A stretch of DNA of 20,000 nt from an uncultured virus (IMG/VR IMGVR_UViG_3300030061_001171) (IMGVR_UViG_3300030061_001171); one strand, 5' to 3'; positions 8,309 through 17,471 are shown, numbered from the stretch's first letter. Program-made: numbers and translations. Notes: generated by a model from the sequence alone, not told the origin.

Positions 8309-11300
8309 ATGAGTATACCACCAGTTTTTAATTCAGGCGATTGCGGTTGCGCTGAAGGTCCATTTAATGTGTCCTGCAATCCTGTAGGTCGATGTTGTTT
8401 TGGTAATCAAAAAGCCGGAGGAGGCGGAGGAGATGATGAAGGAGGGAATTGTCCTACTGAACCTACATCATCATTAAATTTATACAATTGGCCTAAAAGT
8501 TCTTTTCCTCATCCGCATTGGAGTATTGATAGCACCTATTGGATAGGTTGTTTTCCGTTTCAAATTCCTAAAACTGCCCTAGAAGACTACATTTTGTGGG
8601 TAGATCCTAGTGCTGATGTTCCTAACCCTAATTGTCCAGAATCTGAACACAATAGATTTAACGGTGATCCTGACGGAACATACAAATACAATACTTTCCA
8701 AACTTCCTATAATCAGTTCTGTGATACGTACGGAGGTTTTTTAAATGGAGATCGTTTAGGTAGGTACGAGTATAATGCCATTAGCTGCCCTGAGGACGGT
8801 AACGGAGATCCAATTGATAATTCAGATAATTTTGCATTTAATCCTGGGTTTTTCTTTAGACATGTCGGCCAGCCGAATTTTGAGGGTATTATACTTTCCG
8901 ATCCTAACATGTATATTGCTTATAAAGATATTTCTTCTTTACAAGAAGATACAAGCGTTTTATTAAGTCTAAAAAGTAACGGTACTAAAGCCCTTGTTTT
9001 AAAAATTAGACTTATAGATCAACAAAATTTAAAAGACCAGTACGGACAAAATATACAGTTTGTTGGTCCTGATGGAAGTACGTCAGCCCCTCGAATTAAA
9101 GTTGATGGGGCATTAGTAGAATTAGATGATACGGATAATTATGTTGGTAAAGTATTGACTTATAGATTTCCTTTAGAAAAAGGATCAATTTCAGGGGAAG
9201 GCGAAGAAGTAGGAAGCGAACTGGGACTTCTTGAAGATATGTGGGTATCGCAACAGGTTTCAAACGGTAGTTTAAGAGGGCCGATAAATAAACATCTTTC
9301 TGGTTGTTCAGATCCTTTTCCTAAATTTGGGTGGAAGTATACTCCTTATAGTGATTGCGAAGGAACTGACCCAATTTTAAACTGGTCTGAAGTAAACGAA
9401 AATGAAAATATTTGGGGAGTTCGTTTTGAATACTGGTGGTATTTTGAAGGAACCTTAACGCCGGGAGGAAGTACAGCTAGTTGTCCCGGTTTTAACTCTC
9501 AAACTACATATTCAAGGGATAGCTCACAAGGAAGTGGTGAAGACCCTTTTTGTATTACAGTGAGACAAGTTCTTACTCCAGAACAAATTCAAAACATTAT
9601 AGATGCTTCTAATCCCAGCAACCCCACTCCGATTTGTAACAACCCTTCATGTAATGGCACACCTTTAATAGATTTATTAGACTCATGTGCTTGTACAGTT
9701 TTTTGCGAAGACTGCAAAAGTTCTTTTATTGGTTGCGGCGGCGGAGATGAAGAAGACTATCCCTCAAATCAGTTTTGCGCTTGTTGTAAAGGTGTTGGAG
9801 GACAGTATGAAGGTATTACATGCGGTGATTGCGCTGTTTGTGGTCAATGGTATCCTTGCGGGTCTTGCCCCCCAAATCCTGAGGGAGTATCATGCCCTAA
9901 TAATTGTGAAGATTGTCCCACTGATTTTAATTCTGAAGTATTATTAACTACTTACGAAGAGTGCATGAAGAAAAAAACCGAAGAAGGATATCGCTCTATA
10001 TGCTTTAGACCTATTTTTAGAGACGAGTTTGGTAATGACTCAGATCTGCTACCTTGTCCTGAATGTCCAAATGCTGCTATTGTTGATCAGTGTGGTTGTC
10101 ACTCCGCTAATCAAGACTGTCAAGCGTTAGTAGAAACATGTAGTAACGGAGATTGTATTTCTGTTATTCCTGACGATTGTACTAAAGGATCAGTAAAAAC
10201 TTTTCAATTTGCTGTAGCAAATGTAGGGGGGTTTGAGACTGACGGTACTATTAAACTTAAAATGACAGCCCCTTATAAGGACCAAATTGTATACGATTAC
10301 TGCGGACGAAGAAATTCTGATATGGCTAATAATATCGAAGGAAGAATTGCTTTTGATATTATGCCTCAGTATTATGCGGATGAGAATTTAATTGAGCTTG
10401 GAAGCCCACGCCTTTATTTTGATCAAACGGTAACGCCCGATGCGGCTACCGGGTCGGTAGGTAGAAGGTGTCTTCCTAAGAGTCAATTTAACACTAACAA
10501 CATATTAAGACGAGGCACAGGAGATTTATTTAACGAAGTAATCTCAGCTAAAATGTTACAGTTCTGTCGAACAAATGGCGGGGGATTTTGCGCTAATTGT
10601 GATAACGAGGATGTAGAGTATCAACCCCCTGTTTTGATGAAGGGTATGTTTACTAAATATGAATTGAACAATTCTTCAGCTTTATTTAAAAGAGATAAAC
10701 AAGTAAATAGACTTATTGCTTTTTCTGTTGTAGACAATGAGATTACAAGTTCATCTAGTATTAACAGTAATTCTAGTTTTTTTGACACAGACGGTACAGA
10801 ATATAATTCTTCTGTTTTAGATACAGATTTTAATCAAACTGAAATTGCTCAATCAATGGTTGACGATACCGAGTTAAATAAAATTAAAGCCGACTTTACG
10901 TCATTAGATACCATTTGGCATATGGCAACCTACTGTAAAACATCCTTACAAGCAAACTCTGTTTTTAGAGATAACGATGCTTATAGGTTTTTATCGTACT
11001 CTACTGAGTCAAGCGATGGTTGGTGGCATGGCGGTGGTGATGAGACTTTACCAGACAGGAAAACAACTTATTTAAGAATTTGGTCTACACAAGTTAGATC
11101 GGTTTACAAAAGTTGTTTTGACTTTAGTACAGACGATTGCCAAGAAAACTACGAAGATGCTACTGCTGGTTGTTACTTTAGGTTAGACCACGAATACGTC
11201 AAAGACTCGCAGTCTGAAAGAGGTATTACTAAATCTAATTTTACAACTCCTGTAGTAGGTAGTGATGGCGTTTCAAGGAATTACAACAGCGATAGTGTTG

Positions 11301-14300
11301 TATATAAACGAACAGGGGCTAACTGCGAAGATACTAATACTTGTATTTTTTGTAACCCTTGGATCAGTAAATGGAACGTCGGGGAAAAAGGATGTTATAG
11401 TTATGTAGACGCAAGCGGTAATTTTGTCGCTGAAACTGAAGGTGCTATGCTTATTCCAATGAGACCCCATGAATACCAAATTGAATTTTGGTATGCGTCT
11501 AAGTCAGGTACTCTTTGTACTACTCTCGATGAGAGTGGCCAAGAAGTAATCCTTCCGGATTACCCTAGTAATTTTCATTTAGTTGGTGTAGTTCAGTCGT
11601 GTCCTGACTGTTTAGAATTGTATGATAATACGCTTCGTGAATCAGTTCAGGATTTAGTAAACAACGAAAATGAACAAGAAGGTGTTATGAATCCTTATTT
11701 TGATACTTGCGGTTCATTCTTTTGGCAAGGCGAAAAAAGAAATACTACGTTAAGATCTTATTATATTACAAATAACCCTTCAACTTGGTCCGATATTAAT
11801 CTTCCTGAAACTAATATCCCTCTTCCAAATGTAGATTTTAGTGACGATTTCACCGTAACAATAGCGTTGTACCCTTTTACAGGAACTGCTCAATCTTCTT
11901 ATGTTGATCCTAACGAAGAAGCTAACAGTATTCCTACTATGCAAGCTGTTACTCCTACAACATGGAACGAAGATCAATGGTATCATGTTGATCCCAAACA
12001 TAATTTTGATTTTGTTGCTAGAGGTATGCCTCAAGCTATGGGCAGGTGGACTGAGTTACCATTTAAAAATTACGCTAACGAGTATTTAGATCCTAACGAA
12101 ACTCAATTAGGTTTTTATTTAACTATTTCTGCGGCCCATATGTCAGGAATTAACTTTGTTAATATGTATTTAGATGGTGCTTCTGTAGATTCTGTTGGAC
12201 ATGTTACTTTAACTGAAGAATATAAACACCCTAAAGAAGAATGCGTAGCAAAAGTTGATAGAGACGATAACGGTAATTTAATAAACGCTTTAGAAGAATA
12301 TACCGCTCGAATTGAAACTAACAACTTAACTACAGGTGTTCACGAAGTTAGAGCTAAGATTTCTCCTAACCAAGGAGTAAGTAGATTATTGTACGGAGAA
12401 CCTCCTACGGGTAACGCAGAAGTTTTAGTTAAAGGTGAAACTCTTGGAGGAAGAGTTGAAGGAGAATATAAAAACTGGGGTCCAATTAGCGGGAAAAATT
12501 TCCCTTTAAGTAAGGCACAGTGGTCTTCTGAAGTTCCCGATGGGCCACCTCTTTTAAACGATAGTATTAAAACTAGGATTAATAAACACCCTGCTATTGG
12601 ATCTACCTATAAATGGAATTTAAGTAGTAGTGGTTTTAAATATGTAAACGCTAGTTCTAACACTCTATACCACAGCCCTAACAAATATGTTTTTGGTGCC
12701 ACTAGCCAGCAGAATATTTTATTTAATGGCTATGAATCTTTCTGGTTTAATTATAATCCTGCTCCTACTCAGGTTGTAGTGGGAGATGCCGCAGATGTGT
12801 CTGCGGGTGATGCAGACGTTACGACTATTGCTGCTGCATTTGCTCTGTTAGATACCGGAAGCGTTGAGTCGGCTCGTCATGACGCTGAGATTATTCTCTT
12901 GCCCGGTACTACTGCAACTCCTAGAAAGTATCACTGGCCCAACTCTATCGATTCTGAGACTCTGACATTTACGGCTGCTGCTAGTTGGTGTCAAAATGCT
13001 CTACAGAAAAAGAGTTTAGTTATTAAATCAAAAAACCCAGATAGTAAGAGTAAGACTATTCTGTGGTTCCCTCCCGGTCCTGATAGGGTTGAGATGGCGT
13101 GGGATGACTTTGCCTTACACGTTAAGGATCTTACTGTCTATACGTCCCTGACTGGCTCCTCTGTGACCCAGTGCCTGAAGTCTACTGGATCTAACTGTAG
13201 GCTTCTGGTGGAGAACGTAGACTTTGAGTCGGTCTGTGTGACCGCCATCAAGGCATCTACCTTAGTAGACGGATCTGGGGATATCATCTGTGGTGATAGC
13301 CTTACCAGAGACAGTAGCGGTACTGTCAGTGGTCAGATTCAGTATAATAAGTGTAGAAAGATCAGAGACGGAGAAGATAACTATCAGTGTTCTTCTGATA
13401 CCACTATCTGTGGTGTTAACTGCTGTGGTATCTTAGCTAATGGATCCGGATGCGCTGACTGTACTGGATCCTCTTGTCAGTACTGTAGGGCTAATTGTAA
13501 GTGTCGTATGAGTGAGGTCCAATGGTGGCCTTTCTTCTCGTCAGATACTGTAGACCTTTCTACTACGGGTACTAACTTGACTGCTGAGATTGATTGTGGT
13601 GCTGATTATCCATGTACTGCTAGTGCCTTAAGTGCCTGTAAGGGTATCTTTGGCTCTGACTTAGTGCATACTAGCCCCTCCTACTGTCTTGGTACTGAGA
13701 AGGGCGAGTGTGTTATCCTCGGTCTCTATAACCACGATTTAATGGAATTAGCTGATAACGACTCATGGACTATGGGTATCTACGCTAAGTCTATTAACTC
13801 CAAGGCTGTACCCGGTCCTGTCGTAAAGAATCCCGTTATGGTTAAACACTTTACTGTGGATAACATGACCGATACTCTTATCTGCGACGAAGGCCATAGT
13901 CTTATTATGGACCTCTGGGTTAAGAACATTGATAACTACAGTGATCCCGATAAGCAGGATACCGATATCGTTAAGTGGTCTTTAGATGACTTTGAGACTA
14001 AGTATGGTGTTAAAGTTGCAGATGATTATTCTACCTCAATCGGTAGTCCTAACCCAAGGGCTGTGTATAATTTTAATTCCTTTATTGAGAACAGAATGAT
14101 GATTAACATTAAGGTTGATAACTGTCATTCTAGAATTATTAATATGCCCGGTCCCTCTTTAACGGTAAGGGATCTTATGAGTTCTTACAATGGTCATGTT
14201 AACAATGTTGCCGGTAACCCAAACAACTTTGGTTGTTTCAATTACAGAAACTTCTTATTTAAGAATTTCCATTTAGACGAAAAAGCAGACTCTCATCAGG

Positions 14301-15454
14301 TATTTGGGCATGTTCCCATTAACCACCTGTATTTTGAAAACTTTGTTGTTTCTTCTAATGTCGGTAAATATTGTTTATCTACTGATAGTAGTACCACTGC
14401 GTGTAAGAATGTTTCTTCTGGTCCTTTCTTCCCTCTTAGTCAAGGTAAGGTTTCATCATTAGAGACTAAGTATCTGCACTACGGTCGTAAGCAAATTCAA
14501 AACCTGTACATGAAAGACTGCGTATTCCACAACTTAGGTACATCTGAGTTGTTGTTAAACACTAAATATCCTAGTTCTATTGACTACGGTAATACTGATT
14601 TAGGGTTTGCAGGAAGTAACTTTGCTGTAGATGGTTTTAGATATTATTGGGTTGGGGCTTTATCGCCCTTTATTAGAAACGTACGTCAGGTTAAAAACGA
14701 CTTTACTAATACGTCACTAATTTGTAATGCAGCAGGTGTTGGTAGTACTTTTGGTCCTGTTGTTCACAAGAAATCTTCTCCTGCTATAGGAAGAACTTCT
14801 AGTGGGAGTGACATTAATTCAAACCCCTACGGTCCTTTTGATCAATGGTTAGTAGATAATCCTACCGAGAAACAAAAACTGTCTTTTGGTGTTTCTACCG
14901 CTAGCAGAATTACAAGCGCATTACCTAGAATTTGTAAAACGCATATTCAGGGTAGTTCTTTTAAAACGTTAGACAGTAAAGATGCTTGCTACGATACTAC
15001 TAAAGGTACTTGTTCAGGTGAAACGGACCCATTCCAATTCCCCTCAGCAGCACACAGTAACTTTATTACAGAAATTGAAGCACTGTCTAGCGGTAATCTG
15101 TTAGATCATGGCATTCCTAATATCGGCGGTATGAAACTTAGCTTTGCCGCCACTAAAAACTATTATCACGATATTTGTGATTATACCACTACCGAAACAT
15201 GTGTTAGGTCTGGATCTCGGGATGCTCGTAAGAAGCAAGAAGAATCCCTTACGGTTATCTCCTATGATTCTGGGACTGATACGTATTCGTGGGTTTCCAA
15301 CACCAAAGCAGAGTGCGATGGTAATTGTCTTAGTATTAGGGATCACTATTTTGTTGATTCAAATACCGATCCTGTAGACTTAACTTGGATTCCTGTTATT
15401 GACGAGTGTACGTGCTGCGATTTAGATCCTAATTGTACACCGACTACATCTTAA
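8309..15454 (+). CDS. Giant cysteine-rich virion protein, putative tailspike/receptor-binding protein with Ig-like and right-handed beta-helix regions
   Basis: 2381 aa with about 100 Cys by manual count and SD AGGAGA. Ig-like segment ISAAHMSGINFVNMYLDG...YTARIETNNLTTGVHEVRA (about 12110-12360). Pectin-lyase-type cap VVVG...DVTTIAAAFALL...AEIILLPGT followed by beta-helix rungs (LHVKDLTV, LLVENVDF, FLFKNFHL, LYFENFVV, LYMKDCVF). Adjacent to the tail fibre gene. Confidence 0.65.
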   Translation: MSIPPVFNSGDCGCAEGPFNVSCNPVGRCCFGNQKAGGGGGDDEGGNCPTEPTSSLNLYNWPKSSFPHPHWSIDSTYWIGCFPFQIPKTALEDYILWVDPSADVPNPNCPESEHNRFNGDPDGTYKYNTFQTSYNQFCDTYGGFLNGDRLGRYEYNAISCPEDGNGDPIDNSDNFAFNPGFFFRHVGQPNFEGIILSDPNMYIAYKDISSLQEDTSVLLSLKSNGTKALVLKIRLIDQQNLKDQYGQNIQFVGPDGSTSAPRIKVDGALVELDDTDNYVGKVLTYRFPLEKGSISGEGEEVGSELGLLEDMWVSQQVSNGSLRGPINKHLSGCSDPFPKFGWKYTPYSDCEGTDPILNWSEVNENENIWGVRFEYWWYFEGTLTPGGSTASCPGFNSQTTYSRDSSQGSGEDPFCITVRQVLTPEQIQNIIDASNPSNPTPICNNPSCNGTPLIDLLDSCACTVFCEDCKSSFIGCGGGDEEDYPSNQFCACCKGVGGQYEGITCGDCAVCGQWYPCGSCPPNPEGVSCPNNCEDCPTDFNSEVLLTTYEECMKKKTEEGYRSICFRPIFRDEFGNDSDLLPCPECPNAAIVDQCGCHSANQDCQALVETCSNGDCISVIPDDCTKGSVKTFQFAVANVGGFETDGTIKLKMTAPYKDQIVYDYCGRRNSDMANNIEGRIAFDIMPQYYADENLIELGSPRLYFDQTVTPDAATGSVGRRCLPKSQFNTNNILRRGTGDLFNEVISAKMLQFCRTNGGGFCANCDNEDVEYQPPVLMKGMFTKYELNNSSALFKRDKQVNRLIAFSVVDNEITSSSSINSNSSFFDTDGTEYNSSVLDTDFNQTEIAQSMVDDTELNKIKADFTSLDTIWHMATYCKTSLQANSVFRDNDAYRFLSYSTESSDGWWHGGGDETLPDRKTTYLRIWSTQVRSVYKSCFDFSTDDCQENYEDATAGCYFRLDHEYVKDSQSERGITKSNFTTPVVGSDGVSRNYNSDSVVYKRTGANCEDTNTCIFCNPWISKWNVGEKGCYSYVDASGNFVAETEGAMLIPMRPHEYQIEFWYASKSGTLCTTLDESGQEVILPDYPSNFHLVGVVQSCPDCLELYDNTLRESVQDLVNNENEQEGVMNPYFDTCGSFFWQGEKRNTTLRSYYITNNPSTWSDINLPETNIPLPNVDFSDDFTVTIALYPFTGTAQSSYVDPNEEANSIPTMQAVTPTTWNEDQWYHVDPKHNFDFVARGMPQAMGRWTELPFKNYANEYLDPNETQLGFYLTISAAHMSGINFVNMYLDGASVDSVGHVTLTEEYKHPKEECVAKVDRDDNGNLINALEEYTARIETNNLTTGVHEVRAKISPNQGVSRLLYGEPPTGNAEVLVKGETLGGRVEGEYKNWGPISGKNFPLSKAQWSSEVPDGPPLLNDSIKTRINKHPAIGSTYKWNLSSSGFKYVNASSNTLYHSPNKYVFGATSQQNILFNGYESFWFNYNPAPTQVVVGDAADVSAGDADVTTIAAAFALLDTGSVESARHDAEIILLPGTTATPRKYHWPNSIDSETLTFTAAASWCQNALQKKSLVIKSKNPDSKSKTILWFPPGPDRVEMAWDDFALHVKDLTVYTSLTGSSVTQCLKSTGSNCRLLVENVDFESVCVTAIKASTLVDGSGDIICGDSLTRDSSGTVSGQIQYNKCRKIRDGEDNYQCSSDTTICGVNCCGILANGSGCADCTGSSCQYCRANCKCRMSEVQWWPFFSSDTVDLSTTGTNLTAEIDCGADYPCTASALSACKGIFGSDLVHTSPSYCLGTEKGECVILGLYNHDLMELADNDSWTMGIYAKSINSKAVPGPVVKNPVMVKHFTVDNMTDTLICDEGHSLIMDLWVKNIDNYSDPDKQDTDIVKWSLDDFETKYGVKVADDYSTSIGSPNPRAVYNFNSFIENRMMINIKVDNCHSRIINMPGPSLTVRDLMSSYNGHVNNVAGNPNNFGCFNYRNFLFKNFHLDEKADSHQVFGHVPINHLYFENFVVSSNVGKYCLSTDSSTTACKNVSSGPFFPLSQGKVSSLETKYLHYGRKQIQNLYMKDCVFHNLGTSELLLNTKYPSSIDYGNTDLGFAGSNFAVDGFRYYWVGALSPFIRNVRQVKNDFTNTSLICNAAGVGSTFGPVVHKKSSPAIGRTSSGSDINSNPYGPFDQWLVDNPTEKQKLSFGVSTASRITSALPRICKTHIQGSSFKTLDSKDACYDTTKGTCSGETDPFQFPSAAHSNFITEIEALSSGNLLDHGIPNIGGMKLSFAATKNYYHDICDYTTTETCVRSGSRDARKKQEESLTVISYDSGTDTYSWVSNTKAECDGNCLSIRDHYFVDSNTDPVDLTWIPVIDECTCCDLDPNCTPTTS

Positions 15455-15463
15455 GGAGAACAT

Positions 15464-15712
15464 ATGTCTTGTATTCATTTAGGTATTTTAGCAGGCGAAC
15501 GTGTCTGTACTATTAATAAGTTTGGCGGTAAGCCTACTGAAGATAATTGCATGGAATGCAAAGATTATGATGGCCCCTCTAGGGGTCTTGGAGATACAGT
15601 TAAAAACGTTATCCACAAAGCTACGGGGGGTCTGGTTAAGCCGTGTTCTCCTTGTCAAAAACGAAGAGAAGCCCTCAACAAAATGATGGGCTATAAAAAG
15701 AAAGAGGAATAA
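15464..15712 (+). CDS. Small Cys/His-rich protein, putative metal-binding partner of the giant Cys-rich protein
   Basis: CIH...C...C..C followed by RGLGDTVKNVIHKATGGLVKPCSPCQKRREALN. SD AAGGAGA overlaps the upstream stop codon. Confidence 0.75.
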   Translation: MSCIHLGILAGERVCTINKFGGKPTEDNCMECKDYDGPSRGLGDTVKNVIHKATGGLVKPCSPCQKRREALNKMMGYKKKEE

Positions 15713-15713
15713 C

Positions 15714-16520
15714 ATGGCTTTAAATACTAATATTGGACCCGGTTTGTTGAGTTCGCGTACCTTTCGTTATGGTTATGATCCCGAACCTTCTGTAAGTTTT
15801 GTACCTATTCCCTCAACGGGGGGTAATGACCTAAGGGGAGATTATCTCTCTTTTACTAAGTATAATTTTGAAACTGAATCTTACGATACTGAAAATTATA
15901 TTTTTTGTAGAACAGGAGGGTCTTCTGACCCATATACCGGAAGTTCAGGAGACGTTGTTAATATCGGAGATAATGTAGGTGAAGGGATAAGCACTAGTAT
16001 TAACTCTAATGTTAAAGGTATTGCTGTAACGTTTGTTTCATCTACAGACTCAGCCGTTAGCATGACTGATGAGTTGATTACAGCTTTTAATAGTCCTAAT
16101 AGTCGTATTCAATGGGAAAATGTTACTGAGCCTAGTAGTAGCGAAGTGAAAGTTTTTACCTCTGATTACGAACTAGATGATACTCCTGTTTATTACTATT
16201 CTTGGGACGGCACTACCGCAACTTCAGTTGTAGGAACTCCGGGTGTATTTCCTTTTGCTTTTGGTGGTGGCGCGTTTCCCCTTTCGTTTTCCCCTGATCC
16301 TATTTTAAACGGACCCCTTGATACTTATGAAGATAAGTTTATTAAACTGGGACGAATAGTTAATGCAGCCGGTTTGACTAAAGCTGGCCTTACTAATATT
16401 AATAACGATACTGCGTTGACTGCTCCTGATGCTTTAGTTGCACCCCCAGACGCTACTCAACAAACAAGAGCCAGAGTTATGGCAATTGCTTCTTACGCAT
16501 ACAAAAAGAAAAAGAAATGA
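15714..16520 (+). CDS. Hypothetical protein with C-terminal poly-Lys (MALN...AYKKKKK)
   Basis: 268-aa ORF tightly coupled to the upstream gene (GAGGA SD). Shares its termini with the next ORF. Confidence 0.75.
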   Translation: MALNTNIGPGLLSSRTFRYGYDPEPSVSFVPIPSTGGNDLRGDYLSFTKYNFETESYDTENYIFCRTGGSSDPYTGSSGDVVNIGDNVGEGISTSINSNVKGIAVTFVSSTDSAVSMTDELITAFNSPNSRIQWENVTEPSSSEVKVFTSDYELDDTPVYYYSWDGTTATSVVGTPGVFPFAFGGGAFPLSFSPDPILNGPLDTYEDKFIKLGRIVNAAGLTKAGLTNINNDTALTAPDALVAPPDATQQTRARVMAIASYAYKKKKK

Positions 16521-16788
16521 GGTGCTATCATGGCATTAAATGTTACGGGTAACCCCCTTGGAATGATTCATCAAACGTATACTGCTGCTAATTTTGCTGC
16601 GGCAGTATCCGGACCTAGCTTGTTATCGAAAGCTTTAGACATTAGTCAAGACGCTTCTACTATTGCGTCTTTCAATAACATCGCTTCACCTGCAAGTTTT
16701 GCAACTACTGTAACTAGTGAAGTTTTAGCTAGAAAAGACGCAACGATTTATTTTGCGTACTTAAAGAAAAAGAAATGAGGCTATCATG
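16505..16788 (+). repeat. Direct repeat AAAGAAAAAGAAATGAGG(TG)CTATCATG at two consecutive gene junctions
   Basis: An identical 18-mer occurs at 16505-16522 and 16763-16780. Each is followed by CTATCATG (2-nt indel), which supplies the next start codon. Confidence 0.85.
16530..16778 (+). CDS. Hypothetical protein, probable paralogue of the preceding ORF (MALN...AYLKKKK)
   Basis: 82 aa. SD GAGGTG overlaps the previous TGA. Same N- and C-terminal motifs as 15714..16520. Confidence 0.75.
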   Translation: MALNVTGNPLGMIHQTYTAANFAAAVSGPSLLSKALDISQDASTIASFNNIASPASFATTVTSEVLARKDATIYFAYLKKKK

Positions 16789-16875
16789 AAAGCTATTTAC
16801 AAAACTTTTATCAATTTCTTTAAAGGATTTTGGGAAGCACTGAAGGTCTTTGGTAAGACCGTTTGGGAGGGTTAA
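16786..16875 (+). CDS. 29-aa amphipathic cationic peptide MKAIYKTFINFFKGFWEALKVFGKTVWEG (not in ORF track)
   Basis: SD GAGG at 16777-16780, ATG 16786, TAA 16873-16875. Fills the gap exactly before the holin-like gene. Aromatic/hydrophobic residues recur every 3-4 positions. Confidence 0.7.
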   Translation: MKAIYKTFINFFKGFWEALKVFGKTVWEG

Positions 16876-16878
16876 GCC

Positions 16879-17289
16879 ATGCCTATTGAGTTGCTGTCCC
16901 TTATTGGCGGAGGTCTCTCCGGTTTTATCTTTAAATTAATTGGTTCTATGGTAGAACGACAAGCGGCTCTTGCGGAGTTGGCTATCAAGACCCAAGCTGC
17001 TGCTGATGACTCCGCTGACCGTGCTTCCGCACGAGGTGGAGCAGGTGGTACGTGGGTACGACGAGTTATTGTTATTACAGTATTGTTTGCAATGGTTGGT
17101 GCGCCCTTTATTCTCTCCTTCTTTGGTATCCCTACGTGGGTCGAAGGTGAGTTTGGCGGTATCTTTGGATTATTTACGGAACAGTTTCATGAAGTAAAAG
17201 GATTCCTTCTTGTTACTGAGTTGCGTACAGCCCTAATTGCTATTATTGGTTTTTATTTTGGGCAGTCCGCTGTCAGTTCAAGGAGATAA
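16879..17289 (+). CDS. Holin-like membrane protein (resembles 3TM GTA-type holins)
   Basis: N-terminal amphipathic/hydrophobic segment, coiled linker, WVRRVIVITVLFAMVGAPFILSFFG TM helix and C-terminal TM ending IIGFYFGQS. SD GGGAGG. Confidence 0.7.
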   Translation: MPIELLSLIGGGLSGFIFKLIGSMVERQAALAELAIKTQAAADDSADRASARGGAGGTWVRRVIVITVLFAMVGAPFILSFFGIPTWVEGEFGGIFGLFTEQFHEVKGFLLVTELRTALIAIIGFYFGQSAVSSRR

Positions 17290-17291
17290 TT

Positions 17292-17471
17292 ATGCCTGTC
17301 ATGGATGTTATTCCTGTCGTAGAACTATTAATTGGTTCTGGTATTATAGGAATGTTATGGAAAATGAATGTTCAACTTGCTAGTTTGACGGAACAGTTAA
17401 AGACTATATTTCGTCGAACAGAAGATCACGAATCACGAATTAGAGAAATCGAAAGAGGAAAAGATGCTTAA
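17292..17471 (+). CDS. 59-aa membrane-anchored coiled-coil protein (lysis-associated?), not in ORF track
   Basis: MPVMDVIPVVELLIGSGIIGMLWKMNVQLASLTEQLKTIFRRTEDHESRIREIERGKDA. SD AAGGAGA at 17280-17286. One TM helix plus a heptad tail (DHESRIREIE). Confidence 0.75.
   Translation: MPVMDVIPVVELLIGSGIIGMLWKMNVQLASLTEQLKTIFRRTEDHESRIREIERGKDA

Noticed and set aside
8713..15377. Short ORFs nested in the giant gene on either strand
   Set aside because: Expected by chance in a 7-kb ORF. None has a lipobox or other feature suggesting a real overlapping gene.
8309..15454. Diversity-generating retroelement target or CRISPR-like array
   Set aside because: I saw no reverse transcriptase, no adenine-variant template/variable repeat pair and no regularly spaced DNA repeats in the window.
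16970..17197. +1-frame ORF inside the holin as a possible embedded o-spanin (Rz1-like)
   Set aside because: No N-terminal signal peptide/lipobox arrangement (its only Cys is mid-sequence), non-ATG start and no clear SD.
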